Origin: Rhodosorus marinus CCMP1338
Lineage: Eukaryota > Plantae > Rhodophyta
Assembly (NCBI GenBank): GCA_029953675.1
Contig: JAMWBK010000002.1
Span: forward strand, 744,001-808,000
Direction of reading: 5' to 3'
Length of the DNA: 64,000 nt
Position numbers and translations under genes: made by a program. A model generated the notes under the pieces. That model was not told where the DNA came from. It was given only the letters and a program-made list of their open reading frames with translations, and did not search any database. Every line of letters starts with the position of its first letter. Within the stretch, counting starts at the first letter, position 1. Shown here piece by piece: positions 11,661-25,340 of the stretch.

Positions 11661-14600
11661 TCAGCAGCTCGCTTTCAGTGAGTACGTAATCAGAGGCACA
11701 CACTCCTCCTCATCTGCGAACGAAGGATACAATGGTTAGGTCAATTTCGAAGTCGCTCTGAACTGCTGCAGGGTAGATTCTCACCAGAGCTAGCGTCTCC
11801 AATCGCAACCGGCGGAGGATCATTGTGAGCCTCCTTGTGATTCAAATCGTCGCTGCTCACATCCGCACCCTGGTAATGCGCACAATATACGGATACGTTG
11901 GAACGTGTGTGTCTCAGAGAGTGAGTCTGGATTGATCGTATGGGGCTTTCTCTGTTCCTTACATGAAGCTCTATGCCGTCGACGAGTTGCATAGCAGCCG
12001 AATCCTCCAGCTCCGGTCGAAACTTTACTGTGAGGCTCTGAGACTCAGTGCCGTTCGTTTTACTCGAGTTGACTTCGTTGTCGGCCAATCCCGAGTCTGA
12101 CTGATCTGGCTCTGGGTCTTCATCGCTGAGCACCTGAAGAGTTCGTGTACCACGGTGCTTCCTCTCGGGCTCAGATTGGTTTCCCTCTTCACCAAGCAGG
12201 TCTCGAGCTTTTGCTTCGTGCTTTTTTGCCTTGAAATCGAACTCGCACTAGAGGAGAATTTCAGGGAATCCGCAGAGTCAGAGATTGAAACGGCTTGAGC
12301 GGGAGAAAGTTTTCCCTTCCTCACCTTTGAATGATCGCTTTCAATTTCACTGTCCTCTTCCGATAAGTACAGCCTCCGCTTCCTGATCTTCTTCAACCCC
12401 TGTTTCTGCTCGAAAGTACAGGTTTTCCGATGGTCAGGTTCGACTCTGAAAGGCCATCCAGGATGTGAAGGTGACAGAAAGAACGTAGCACTCACCAGGG
12501 GTTCATCCTTTTGTCTCCCTCCCGCATTCGATTGTGCGCCTCGCCTAATTCGGCGCTTGCCAGGTTCCTAGATGGAAGATGTCCGACCAATGGTCCGATG
12601 AAAAGAAACGTTCCTCCAATTGCTATGCCGCAGTTTTAAGTGCTCACCTTGACTTGTTTCTTTTCCTTCAACTTCTCCATGGTGATCTCCTCCTCGTCCC
12701 CAAGGCTGTCCAAGCTCTCTACGCGCTGCTGACTATCATGGGCTCCCTCCATGTGATCAGTAACATCGTCGTCGGACATGTCCGGCAGATGAAGAATTTC
12801 CTGCCTTTGAAAGTTGAGCTCCGATGGATCAACATTGCTTTCCCCATTCTCGCCGAACCTTTCACCAATGCCAGCTCCAACTATTCGAGCACCTTCGCCG
12901 TTCATATGGGACCCTGGCGTTATTCCTACTGCTCAAATTATCCACGAAAGAATACCGATAAGACTCTTCCCACGAGTAGCGTGGAGTAGGAGGCGCCGTA
13001 ATGGATAGGGAGGCAATACCCTCATTTTCAGTATCTGGGCGTCCTAGGGCTCGATTGTGGTCTACACAAGAAATCTTGTCATGAGTAAACAAGGTCTCAA
13101 CGGCAAGGGTGGGAAATCGCTTGACAGATGTTGTAAACTGCATCATGACGTCCTTCGCAACCGATCTCATTCGTTGCAAAATTGTCTGTTCTTCATCCTA
13201 GTGGAAAGGAGGAGGACAGTATGCACTCAGAAATCAGCCAAGAGGGGGAAGGGTTTGGGTCTAGTTCATCCCGGCCTACCCGATCCGGACCTGGTTCGCT
13301 GCCCAGTATTTCGTAGCACCACTGCAGCATGCGGAGCGAGAAAAAGCTCACAACTGATACTTTTTCAGTTGTCCTCGGAACTCTTGTCGCCAAATCCCAA
13401 AGCTCAACAAGGTTGAGTAGAGCTGTGCGTGATACAGCACAATTTTTGAGAAGTTTCGAGGTGGAATCGCCTCCCCCAATTTTGTAAGCTGTTGCTGGTT
13501 CCCTCTGGGCGACTACTGAAAGTTCCATCAGCAGGGCGAAACTGTTTATCGCTTTAGCAGTGCAGAAGCCAGCGATCTCCTTGTTCACATCGATTTCCTG
13601 CTCTACGTAATCGTCTTCATCAATGGTATCCTTCACCAAATCGAGAGCATGTGCGCGGCTGGTTAAGCTGGATGCACGCAGTTCGGAAAAGCAAACGGAA
13701 GACGACCGTACCTTTTCCTTGGAGTCGTCGTCGCTAATTAAGTCTCCTAAGTCGTCAGCTTCCAAACCTGCCGCGGCTTGCAGTCGGCTGAGCTCCGCTT
13801 GATCCCCCCTTTTCTTGTTTCGTTTTAAGACCGTAAATCTCGAGCCAATTGGTGCAGACTTCAGCAAGTCGAAAATGTTCCGCAAAAGGCGTGTACAACT
13901 GGCCAGGACTTGAGCAGTGTCGTTTTTCGGAGAGTAGGAAACGAGTCTATCGAACAGAACCTGCATCAAGGTTTCCCTCTGCAAGAGCTCTTGAAGAGCA
14001 CGCCGCGCTCTGCGATTTCCCCCTTCCACGTCCTCGGTCTAAAGGACAAGAGGACAGTTCGCGTTATGTCAAAATGTTTGCAATACAAAGGCTGAATCAC
14101 CGCCAGTGTATAACCTGGACATACTTTTGAAATAACGACCAGCATGTCGAAGGTATGATCCAACGCCTCTATTGCTTTTTCCAGTCGCGGCCCGCTTTTC
14201 TCCTTCGAAGCAATGTCCAGCATGAGGACTAGACTATCCACCTCCAGAGCAGCTGCGATGGAATCCCACTCGAATTCTGGAATCGAGAAGCACAGAAGGA
14301 TGTGGTTAGTTTCATTCCGTCGCCTCGCACTCGCAAAGGACGACTCCCATGCCACACCATCATCGGAGGTCGGTTCCGGTATCAAACGGGCATGGTCAAC
14401 TGTGGTTCCCATGTCTTTGATGTATTGAGCGAAATAGCCATCGCAAACCACAAGTCTCTGCAAAGCAACGAACAAAGCAGCGACGGAGAGAAAGGCAAAT
14501 TTATCTTCCTGAAGCTCGAACGACTCGTCCTCAAACTTCTGGCTTCTTAAGTTATCCCGCGCCCGAGTCAGCAAAGGATGGAAGCAATTCCCTGATCGGT

Positions 14601-16425
14601 TTCAAGAGGAGAGAGAATAAGGATGCAGACCTGCATATCGAGGGTCTTCTCCGATACAAGAGATCAGTAGGCGCTTACCAAGAACGGCCCGCGCAAACTC
14701 TACCAAAGCGGCGGTGGTGGCGTCCGTACTTTCTGCGTCGGAAGTCAGTGTCTGTTGAGCTGACACAATTTGCTTCCTTGGCGGGGCTTTTGGCCTCCAC
14801 CCCGGTCGTCTGCCTTTCATAGCAACGATCAAATTGTCCAGGTGGCGACCTATTTGCGGTCTCGGTTGCTTGAGAATGGTCCTTCCAATGTCCTTTATAC
14901 CCGCACCAGCTTTGTTGACCTTTGTTCCTGGTTGGAAAGCGAAGACTAGACGATGAGCTTCAACTATCGTCGCCGCAGCCTCCACAATGCTAGCATCGAG
15001 AGAAAACGGCTCACTTTCTTGTTTAACGAGTCCTCCAAAGCGCGTTTGCCATCTGCCAAAGCGTGCCCGCTTTCCTTTGGACGGATTGGAAACACCCCCG
15101 TTTTCTTCCGAGCGTATTTGTGCCTCTAGCGCTTTGCTTCTCATCGTTCTGAGGGCATTGTCGAGTTCATTTTGTGGCATTCGAAGAGCCGCAGCTAGCT
15201 CTCCGGGCTCAATTAGCCTAAACAAGGCGACATGAATACCGGGCTGATTGAGACCCCGCACACGCTCGGGGGAACTATTGCCGACCCCAGTGAAGGTCAA
15301 TACCTGAACGTCATGGCGAGAGTCTGCACAGCTAGGGAAATCATGCTATTGCACATCATCTCGACGACATCGCTTCCAGAGAAGAGGACGACAAAGCTTT
15401 GAAAAAAGTCGACCTGGTGGAGGGCTGATACCAGGGAAGGATGCAAGGAAATACCACGCACACGCTGCTCCGTGTCCTTCCATAGTACGGGAAGGTGCAG
15501 CAGATTACGAAACAGTGTGAGGAGCAGCTCGAGTGCCTTTGGTCGAGGAAAAGGAAAGAAGAGTGTTGCGCTCGGCGGCTTCAGCGGTTAGATTCCAGTG
15601 CCAAAGGAGAGCAGAATGCCGGGACAGGCTCACATTGTCTCCTTTCAGAGCATCGCTGTTTCCCTCCTGTTCGGTAGCGTCCAAGGCAGACAGTCTGAAT
15701 TCAACGCAGCTTTGAAAGTAGCTCACAAACGGTTCAAGAGCAGTGCATGTATTCGAATTCCCGGAATTCGAGAACACTTCTTTGCATTCCAGGATCTGCT
15801 TTTCAAGCGAGGCTTTGATCCATGCATCACATTCAAAATCAATTGGCATCAAGAGCCACACAACAACCTGATGAACAAGAACACCGAAAGTGAACCATGA
15901 GGTGAGCTTGAAACGAGCAAAAGCTGAAGCAGCTAATTTTCATTAGCTGAACGCGTTGATACATATATGTACGTATATATATAGATCCCTACCTTCGTAA
16001 TTTCGAAGAGAACCTTGTCCTTATCGAAATCAGAAAGATTGCTGTGATGAACAATGCAAGCCAAAGGAACAAGATCACGCCGAGCAACTCGCCATTTCCC
16101 AAGTAGCCTCCTGACAGGAAAAGTCTCTCTTGAATCCCTGTACAACAGAAACAGAGAGATTTCCAGTTTGCCTCAGCCAGCTCCCTCAAGGTACAAGGGC
16201 ATTGAAACCGTGCTTAGACGTTTACCTTTTCAAAGCATTCACAAGATCCTGACAAATGAAAGCCGCGTCGCTCAGGTTCGCACTGGGCTTTCTCATCTCA
16301 GCCAGGTCCGACAAGACCGCCGTCAACGTCCCAAGCAGCGACTTTGGGACATAGTCCAGCTCGTCGATCTTCTTGACACGTCCATTCGCTTCCGCCTCCT
16401 CCTCCGGTCTAGATTCCTCCTCCAT
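11661..16425 (-). CDS. TIMELESS: TIMELESS/Tof1/Swi1 replication fork protection protein homolog
   Basis: Spliced N-terminus DLVNALKR|DSRETFPVRRLLGKWRVARRDLVP...VLFEITK|...LLMP matches the Timeless N-terminal pattern. Also CFHPLLTRARDNL, a helical core and an acidic/basic low-complexity C-terminus. Last exon DEEECVPLITYSLKASC* ends at 11661. Confidence 0.8.
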
Positions 16426-16602
16426 GCTTCCGTTTCTGGGATGCTCTACAAGCTTTCAGCACCACTACAGGTTCTCCCAGATTTTCGAGTCGCGATCTCG
16501 ATCACCTTCATCAATCCCACGCTCAGTCCTCTCAGCCGGAAGTCCATACAAACAACATCCAGATGGAAAACCAGCCCAAACGATGCCTTTTTCTATGGTT
16601 TC

Positions 16603-16656
16603 TCCCGCCAAAATAGGATTCACATAGCGTTTGGTTGTGGGCGAGTTCCCGCCAAA
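16603..16656 (-). promoter_or_regulatory. Two E2F-type sites (TTTGGCGGGA) upstream of TIMELESS
   Basis: Identical decamer TCCCGCCAAA at 16603-16612 and 16647-16656, about 180-230 bp upstream of the ATG; matches the WTTSSCSS consensus. Confidence 0.55.
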
Positions 16657-17508
16657 ACCGACCCAGTGTTTTACTGGGAGTTTTTAGGTGTTTCGCAGTG
16701 AACATCGTCCAGCTGGCATCGCGATTCTCCTCGCGACCAGGTTCTACTTTTGGTGTTTGGAAATGTCTGTCCTCCTCTTTTTCGAAAAAAACTGATCGTG
16801 ACTCATCTCTCCTCTCAAGCGGACAGCTTCGTTGCTATGACTTACAGATCTTGAGATCAACTGCCGCAAGCTCTGGCCGTCGGGGGATGTGCTTGGAATG
16901 GCTTCCGGAAGCAGAAAAACGTGCGGAGAAATCGTGCATCTGCTAGCTCTTGTCTCGTGACTCACTCCACTGAATCGTCTGAACTATCATTCAAGCTCTA
17001 AGCTGAGTGGTATGCCCAAATTATCTAAACAGCGAAAGCTCCGCGAAACCGAGGATGGCCTAGACCGCGTTCAGGATCTTCTACTGACACATGCTTCCAC
17101 GGTGTATAGCAAGTTCTCCATCTTCCATTTCCCACCAGTTTAGTTTCGGGACTGAAGCGCGTTTGGCACTCTTTCCAACCCTGTTCGAGACTCAAAAATA
17201 CTCTCGGCTATCCAGGACCCAAAACGCGCCGGTCAGTAGTTTCTGGAATAGTTTTGACTGTCGAATTCGCTATCGTGCAGAAGACATGAGAAAAAGTTTG
17301 CAAGGCTTTCTCAATCACCCTTCAGTAGTTTTCGTTCCCTTAGCCGCTTGATCGGCCGCTTTGTGTTTTGGTCAGAGCTGGGCCTGAGAATCGCGTGGCG
17401 TGCTCATATTTTGGCTGAAGATGCGCTGAGGTTCGAATAGGTGAAAATAGTTGACGGTCCCTCCTCGCTGCACTGAAGTTCGAATTGGTGAAATAGTTGA
17501 CGCTCGTT

Positions 17509-17864
17509 ATGCGCTCGGTGGCAGTGCTGAGACGCTTTGTTTCCGGTACGGCTGCTCGCCGCGGAGCGTCTTACGGTGATGACGTTTTGAAAGAGCTAAG
17601 ACGACGCGGTATTACAAACACGGATGTTGAGGCTACTGTGGACTCGGATACGGACACGGACAAGCAGCCGACTGAGACTGGAAAGAGAATGCAAGAAGCG
17701 GTGTCAAAGGTAGGCAGAAACGCATTTGGTATGCGGATTCTGGAAGAAAACACTCATGGTGCTTTCTTCTCGCTTGTCTGAAGGTACGACGCGAGCACAT
17801 TTTAAACTCCAGGCTTAAGGGAAACACTGGGGCTGGAAAGATAGTGAAAAGACCTTCTACCTGA
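17509..17864 (+). CDS. Small hypothetical protein (~93 aa) with mitochondrial-presequence-like N-terminus
   Basis: MRSVAVLRRFVSGTAARRG is Arg-rich with no acidic residues. Phase-0 intron 17710-17783 (gtaggc..ctgaag) joins to VRREHILNSRLKG...PST*. Confidence 0.5.
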
Positions 17865-18623
17865 GTTTCCTAGATTTGCTGCGAAGACTTGGGAATTATA
17901 CGGGCGGCTGGCATCTAGTCCATCTACAGTTCTGTTCTGCCCTCATAGAACCTGTAGCTGCACTCAAAAATAGCAAGCCAGTACTGTGGGAAGGTGTGAG
18001 ACGACTGTCTTTCCTAAGCATTCATCCCCTCATACTCCTACTGAATCCCAAAAACCAAACTTCTACACATTTCGCCCTCGGTGAAAACGAGTTCCTCAAA
18101 ACTAGATATGTTGCTGCCCAAAATATATTAAATTCCATATTTGTTTTGAAAGAATCGTCCAAGAGTTTGATAATAGCAACTCTCAAATATAGGAATAAAT
18201 CCTGACTTCCATCCTAAGCATATCTATTATTTCTTCGTTTTTATTGAAACTGGATTCTACACGTAGAATTTAAAAAGAGTAAAATCTTCATTAGTTAGCG
18301 ATCTGATGAAAGTGATTTGGGTGCTTTCACAACTGACGTTCTCGATGGTCGAGGGGGGTGGGGAATGGGTAGGTTTTGGATTTCTGAAAACGCAAGGCAG
18401 GCTGATGACCTGGAGTCAAGAAGGACGTTTTCAATTCCTTAAGCAAGGTCATTTCATTTCTTTGAAATCTAATAGAAGGAAGGGTTAAACCACCGGTCGA
18501 ATCTGAAGATACCTTCAGGCTAGCGGAGGGAAGGGGTTTCGTTTATCTGACTGCCACCAGTTCCTTTGCGCTGATCGCGTGAAGAGTTGTTGCTTCGCTT
18601 TTTGAGAGGTAGTGTTGTCTTTC

Positions 18624-19754
18624 ATGGAGCTTCGAGAGTGCAGCAAGCGAACGGATGTTTTATCGGCCGTCGCTAGTGGGTTCGTCTTCACCTGGTTCTC
18701 GAAATTGGGCCATGGAAGGCGAGTCGAGATGTGTGTGGAGCAGAGGAAAGGCGACACCAGGCGCAAGATAAAGAGATTTAGAAAACGATGGGCGAGCAGG
18801 AAACCTGACGTAGACGTACGGGCGGACATAGGAAAGGTGCGCGCAGAGTCACGGTTGTTCCATGAAACTGGTATATAGAAGTGACTGAGTCTTGTTGAAC
18901 TTGTTCTCCTGTGCGTCATCAAACTCTCAGTACGATGAAACAACTACCGTAGTGCAAGATCCGAATATTGGTACGCGACTTGAGCTGTGCCCAGCTCTAG
19001 TGCTCAACTCTAATTATCAACCCCTAAGTTATATCCCGCTTAGCTTGTGGCCCTGGCAAGAGGTATCTCCCACTATTCGAGGAAGGGACGGGGTCATACG
19101 ATATCTAAATCTTAAAGCATTACTTCCCCACAGGTCGTGAAGGCAGTCTATCTCGAGAGGGTAGTGATTCTTGCAACATACGACATCCAAGTGAGGAGCC
19201 CTTCCATGTCACTGGAGCTGCCGAGCGTCATAGCTTTAAAGCAATATCAACCTCTGAGCGGAAAAAGACCGGCGTTTACCAGATACAATGTGTTTATTCG
19301 AGACAATTTTACTTGTCAGTATGCCACTTCTCACCAACTCCGACGCAGACGGCAGAGTGAAGTGGTCTCCTCGTTAAAACGCGTTGCGCTTGCTTTGCCA
19401 TGGCCCAGATACTGTCGTCAAAAGCTCCCCGGTCGGGACTTGACATTCGATCACGTGATTCCGCGATCAAGGGGAGGAACCAGTGGATGGGAAAACGTAA
19501 GTTTTGCGCCTGACAAAGACCTTTGCGTGATTTGCAACTAACGCCTATCTTGCTGCTGTCAAAAGGTGGTCACGGCATGCGTAGATTGCAACTACAAGAA
19601 AGGGCCCAAGCTCGTCAAGGATACTGATTTAAAACTGAGGAAACTACCCGCGGAGCCCTCATACGCTCAGCTGCAGAGCATGGCTCGAAAGTATCGCCCA
19701 AAACACGTGCATCGTACATGGGAGGATTATGTGTATTGGGATCAAACCCTGTAG
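18624..19754 (+). CDS. HNH endonuclease (bacterial McrA/HNH_5-like) with N-terminal extension; 5 exons
   Basis: Spliced product ALVLNSNYQPLSYIPLSLWPWQE|VVKAVYLERV...LPSVIAL...AFTRYNVFIRDNFTCQ|YC...LTFDHVIPRSRGGTSGWEN|VVTACVDCNYKKG; both CxxC pairs and the DH/N/N residues are present. Confidence 0.88.
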
Positions 19755-20217
19755 TTCCAATTAGGGTGCCATCAAGGATCCCGTTTCCTGATATTCTAGA
19801 CAGTTTAGAGCTCGGGAACCTCAAAAAATGGAGGCGTAGATAGATTAATGTTGGACGATGTATGGGAGTTCTGGAGATCGGCTTTTTGAGGACGCAGTCT
19901 CCCAGTATGCCTGTGCAGATATTCGAGTGGAACTAAACTCTGTAGATAGGAAGACGTATCCAAGACCGGGCGGAAGAGTGAACCTCAGACGGTATGTATG
20001 AGGCTTGGTTTCGTATCCCTTGACATCGCGGGAAATATCCCTTCGCCTTTCTACCGGCTACAGCCAGATAGGAAAAGGGTCCAACATACGCTGTACTTCC
20101 ATGGCCAGTAGGCTAGATCATGTGTCTTCCTTTGCGCGCATGATATGTCCATGATCATATCTCATGCAAAAGGCGAACATCAAACGAGATGTTTTCCTTC
20201 GTGAGGTGCTCCTAGTT

Positions 20218-20783
20218 TCAGAAAAAAAATCCATGCTCTGTTGTCTTGTTAAGGAAAGAGGGTCGTTCACCTCTAACGAAAACGATCATACTGGTAAGAC
20301 CTCGGTAGAGATAGCAGAGAGAGATGCCACCCGAAATTGGCACGCGAGCAGCAATTAGAGTACCATAATTTCTCAGGTTCTCGATCACCACATCCCTGGA
20401 GAGGGGGTTGCATAGGAACGTCCTCAATGATAGACTCCGGTTGCGTTCGTCGAATATCCTCATCATTTCCCTAGTACATCTTGCTTGATGCTCATGAATG
20501 AAGAACAAGTATTTGGGCTTTGGCGTGAGTGGAAGCCCCATTCTCCACTGCGACATCCAGTCGGGTGGACAAAGCCACCCTGCAGCGAACTCTCGATGTG
20601 AAACAGAGAAGACTATTGACGATGGTTTGAAAAGACGTTGGGACCAAAGAACCAGGAGATGAATGCGGAGATGATGGGTTATATCGAGTGATCTCGCTTG
20701 CTTTCTGAACTTGCCAGAGATACTGAGGATCCTCCGACCCGCAGAGAGACCGCAATCGCCAGGCCCACTTTCCCAGCCTCCAT
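20218..20783 (-). CDS. Possible hypothetical protein (spliced, poorly defined)
   Basis: ATG at 20783 and an open frame of >110 codons (20218-20600); no recognisable motif; boundaries uncertain. Confidence 0.3.
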
Positions 20784-22083
20784 AAACTGTCAGTTCCTAC
20801 TTCTACACTCCACACCTAGAAATTGAACCCCCAAAATATACACAATATTGATATGGACCAAAAAAAGGAACACTACGATCTTAATCAAATATCTACTTCC
20901 TCTAGGACGGTTGTACAAACACCCTTGGTCATACAATACGGGGAAAGTTGACGAATTGACGACCAGCTCTTGGTTGGATAAGTCAGTGTGTGGAATTCTA
21001 CCGACCGAAAGGCTGCCATTGGCTCGATCTGTTGTCGTTCATTGGTCTAAATTTCTTGAAACTTACACTGTAAGACTCCATCTGATCATTGACTGGAAGA
21101 GGAAGATTCAAACCGTGTTAGTGTTTTCAAAGGTTTTTGCATGCTTCTTCCCTCATTGGAAATGAACTGGGAAATTAGTTCAAATCGAAGGACAAGTCGG
21201 CTTGGCGAAAACTAAAAGAGTCCAAGTTTTTCACTAAAACTTTGAGGCCCCATTTTTCTGAGGAATGTCATCGTCGAGAAAACGAACAAGGGGGGGGTGG
21301 AGGGATAGGGGGGTGCGGGAGTTGCGCCTTTTTGGATCTGTAATGAAATTTGGATTTTTCCATGCCATTACGTAGTGCTCAGGCGTAATATCTCCGTGCG
21401 GGAAAATTCGCTTTTAGTGGTATTTATTTGTGTAGTGAGGGAGCTTGCAGCGCAGATTGAGTACAACAATCAATTCTGTTAATAGGCAGACAGCATACCA
21501 ACACGAAATTCTTGGAATCCTTGGCAATCACTGCGGCCGCGGGTGTCCTGCACTCCATGAAAGTTGATGCTCACGGGAGGATTTTTGGAAGCTCGTCTAG
21601 CCACCTGATATAAACTCGAGGACCTATTACAAAGAGTAAACTCCCTTCAGATAGCGTGGCTGCCTGGCAGTCAAAAATAAGGTCAGTATCGAGTGCAATT
21701 ACTAGCTTCGTCAGCGTTTTTTTGAATTGAATTCCTCTCCGAGCGTTGCGAGTTTGTACAGGTTCACCCCAGCTTGCATTCTTCCTCGTATGTCGCTTTG
21801 GCTTTTTGGTATGAATCCCAACACATATAAGCAGTGATGTGTTGGAACCGATTACCAAACTTGCACGAAGGTTGTGAAAACTACAAAGCGCGTTTTTCTC
21901 TCAGGCATCAATCCCAACCTAAGCAGCACGGACCAGAACCAGCCAAGGACCATAAATATAAATCAAAAGCAAAAAGATGTTGTACTATACGAACTCTACA
22001 TACCGGTGAGGCAGCTCAATGGTGAATGAATTCGAGATAAACGCCGTCAAACCGCACAAAAAAGAAGAAAAGACCTCCTGCGC

Positions 22084-22269
22084 AAGTCTTTTCTCCTTTT
22101 CGGGGGAAAACCTTGAAATCGCTGAGGACTACACTACACAGAGCTAATTTTTCCAATCTGCTTTTCCTCTTGAAGAAGTCTTTTCTTCTTTTAGGGGAAA
22201 AGCTTGAAATCATCGCTGAGGACCACACTCACCAAAACCGCAGCAGAGCTAATTTTTCCAGTCTGTTTT
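22084..22269. repeat. Imperfect tandem duplication (~90 bp unit, 2 copies)
   Basis: aagtcttttct...ggggaaaa.cttgaaatc..gctgaggac.acact...cagagctaatttttcca.tctg occurs twice. Confidence 0.8.
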
Positions 22270-25200
22270 TCTCGGGACAGATGAATTTAATATCCGGGAA
22301 GTACTGAGAAACATTTAAGAATTTCTGTTTTCCTCGGCAACTGTTCAGAACTACGAACAAAAACCGCGTTTTTCTGTAGTGGCCCTTGAAAAAAAACCAT
22401 ATTTCTGTAATGGCCTTTCATAAAAACAGCTTGAAATAATTACTGAAAATCCAGAAACCAACCAACCAGACACTGCCAGTATCTCTTCATCCAGCCGCCC
22501 TCAAGTAGACGTATCGATGAAAAACTTGTAAAACAAATGTCAGGGGGGCGCATATGATAAGCCGAACTTGTATGAAACAAGACCGAAAAAGAGCTGCATG
22601 GGACGTGAGAACGGTGAGCGAAATTTCAGAGGCTTGAAACTCTACCACAAAATAATGACGATTCAATGATTATCTAGGGTACGCATCTCATTCCTTGGCG
22701 TAAGTAGTTCGAAAAGGGCGTGAGAGTTGGAGCTCCGAGTCTAGATTAGTCAGCTAATGACCTAACCTCGGGTAAAAATAGGCTTTCGTTCTCCAGGAAA
22801 TAGATTGGCTGAGGTTTGGGGGTTTGATCCGGTCATTATTTTAGTAAATTCTGAAAACTTCTATTCCAGAAGTTTTGCTTTTGAGCTCCATACCCGTCAT
22901 TTTATGTCCAGAACATCAGACAGATATAACCTATAAATTAATAAATTTCAACTATTGAAACCTAGATAGATTCTCCCCCCCCCCAAAGGAGATCCAAAAT
23001 ATAATGGAATGGAATGGAAATAAAAATCATCACGAGACTTTTTTTTGAATGAACGTGTTTAGTCTCGTGCTCTAAAACAAGGAACCAGGGGGGGAAAACA
23101 ACAACACGATAAATGTGGATTCGCAACTGCTAAGTAACAGTCGTCACGCGAAAACACATAGTATGGGCCAAGAATGGGACTTCTCCGGAGGGGGTGTTGA
23201 CATGCCTGTAGCTATAAATATTCTGCATAAGTTCGAGTGTTTTATTTGCTTAATTCAATCTCTCGAGATACTCGCGGTTTTTTTTCATGATCCCAAACCC
23301 GTATATCGAGGACATACAAAATACTTCCGCTTAGAAGACGGCAACAGTTCGTGCCGCCCCTTCTCTTCTCCGGCTTTTCTTTTAGTCTCAAGCGTACTCT
23401 CGCTCACTGACATCAAACGCGGACTATTTCATAAGTGAGGAGAAACATATTAGGGGAGGAGTGATGCGCGGGGGAAGCTTGCTTTCGGGCCGCTTGCATT
23501 TTGCTGAGCAGCAAAGTAACAACTTGAATACGAAAAATTAATTATTAAAATTCAATATATTCGATCACCAAGTGACCGGAAGAAGGGGTTGCCCTGGTAC
23601 TGGTTTTGCTGTTTTATTTTGCAAATGTGCTACTTCTTTTTTGGTTTGGTTGAGTGGTAGACTTGTCCGCTCGCATTGTGGCTGAGCGATGCTATGCACG
23701 GAGCTGGCAGGTTGGGACTTCCCTTGAGCATCTCTGGCGAAGAAGGAACCTGGAGATTAGGTGCGAAGCGGGTGTCTTCCAGTACAGTAGGCGTTTAGCA
23801 AGGAGGTTTAGACTTGAATAAATCAGGGGATTTCTACGGCGGCAGGAATGCTAAAAAGAGTAGGTTTTCATATAGTCATGTCGACGCGCTTTTCATGTGA
23901 TTTTGGAGTGGAGTGGGAACAATTAAATTCCCTTGGGACATCCTTTTTTTTTTGAACTCCCTCTCAATGTTTTTAGTAATCGGCGGCCCCTGTCTGGTCT
24001 ACTTTCAGTTGACAATTGCCAAAAGGTCGTCAGAAAGTTGTCACTTGCCGAGGCGCACCAGACCACGACCCCTATCCAAGTGTTCGTCAAGCGAGAGAAA
24101 AAATCAGCTCAAACTGAAGATGATGAACTCAGTCCTTCAAGTCGTCGCACGAGGACGCTCACCGTGCGCAGGCAAAAGGGGGGAAAACCCCGTGCACCAG
24201 TGTGGTGTTCTTCTGTCGCCCGTTTCACTGTGTCTCTCAACGGTCCAAACCTCGCCGACGTATTGAATTCCATCCTCCAACCGGGAAACATATTACCAAC
24301 CAATTCTGACTCTCCCTCACTCAACAAGCAAAGCAACCCCCCACCCCTTCCCCACCCCCCTCCCTTGCTTTCTTGCCCGTTCATTAATTCTCGTTGATCA
24401 ACCTGAAGAAATTGTTCTTGCCACTCAAAGTATTTTGAGGGCGTGTAGCTTCCAGCTAGAAAACATTTAATCCAAAAGAAAAATTAAAGATCCCGGGGGC
24501 GAGCCCTTCATATCCGTCCCCCCGACAGAACTACAATTTTTTGATTGATAACAAAAAATTTAAGTTTTGCTTTGATTCCCTTTTTTGGGGTTAATTTTTG
24601 TTAGTACATATGAAAGATAATTCCATGCTCCAACCCACGCTGGACTCTCACCTTATTCCTTCCACAAAGGTTTAAAGTAGGGGAGTGAGGGGGGTTTGGT
24701 GGATGGGAGGGGGCGGTGGTGGGTAAAAAGAAAGAGAGAGAGTGGAAATGGATGGGGTCAAGGGGTGGATGGGGATTGAATTCTCTTTTTACTTCACTAA
24801 CTACAATCTCGGAAGGCTCCCGCCAGTTTCGCTTCAAATGATTTTAGCTTATTTTGTCAGAACTCTACGCCGTGAGAATAACCAGCAAAAAAAACGAATT
24901 TGTTCAGAGATCTTTTTAGCAGAAAAAAAAAGTAAATTCTGGAAGCATATTGCTTTTTCTGGGAGGGGGGTGGGGTATGAAAATTGGAAGGCTGAATTGA
25001 CTTATCTACCCCGTCTTTAGGGAAGGGAGAATCGCCGACTATGGCAAAAATTAGGAGAAAGGGAGAGGAAAGTGGAAGAGGAGAAGGGGAGGAGGAGGGG
25101 AGAAGGGGGAAGTTGAGGGGGTGTGTGTGGGTGCTGACCGTTAGGTGTAAGTGTCAGTGGGTAGGTTTGGAGTTAACTATATCAGGACAGTCAAGAAGAG

Positions 25201-25340
25201 TCTGGCAGTGGCTTGAAGACCTTTTCAGTGTATGTGGAGACGAGAGGGGGAGACTATGGGGTATCGAATAAGAAGGTTGATTTTGTCGTAGGAAGGTTGA
25301 GACATTGCGGGGCTTTCTCCAGAGGCGCGCGCCCGCAAGG

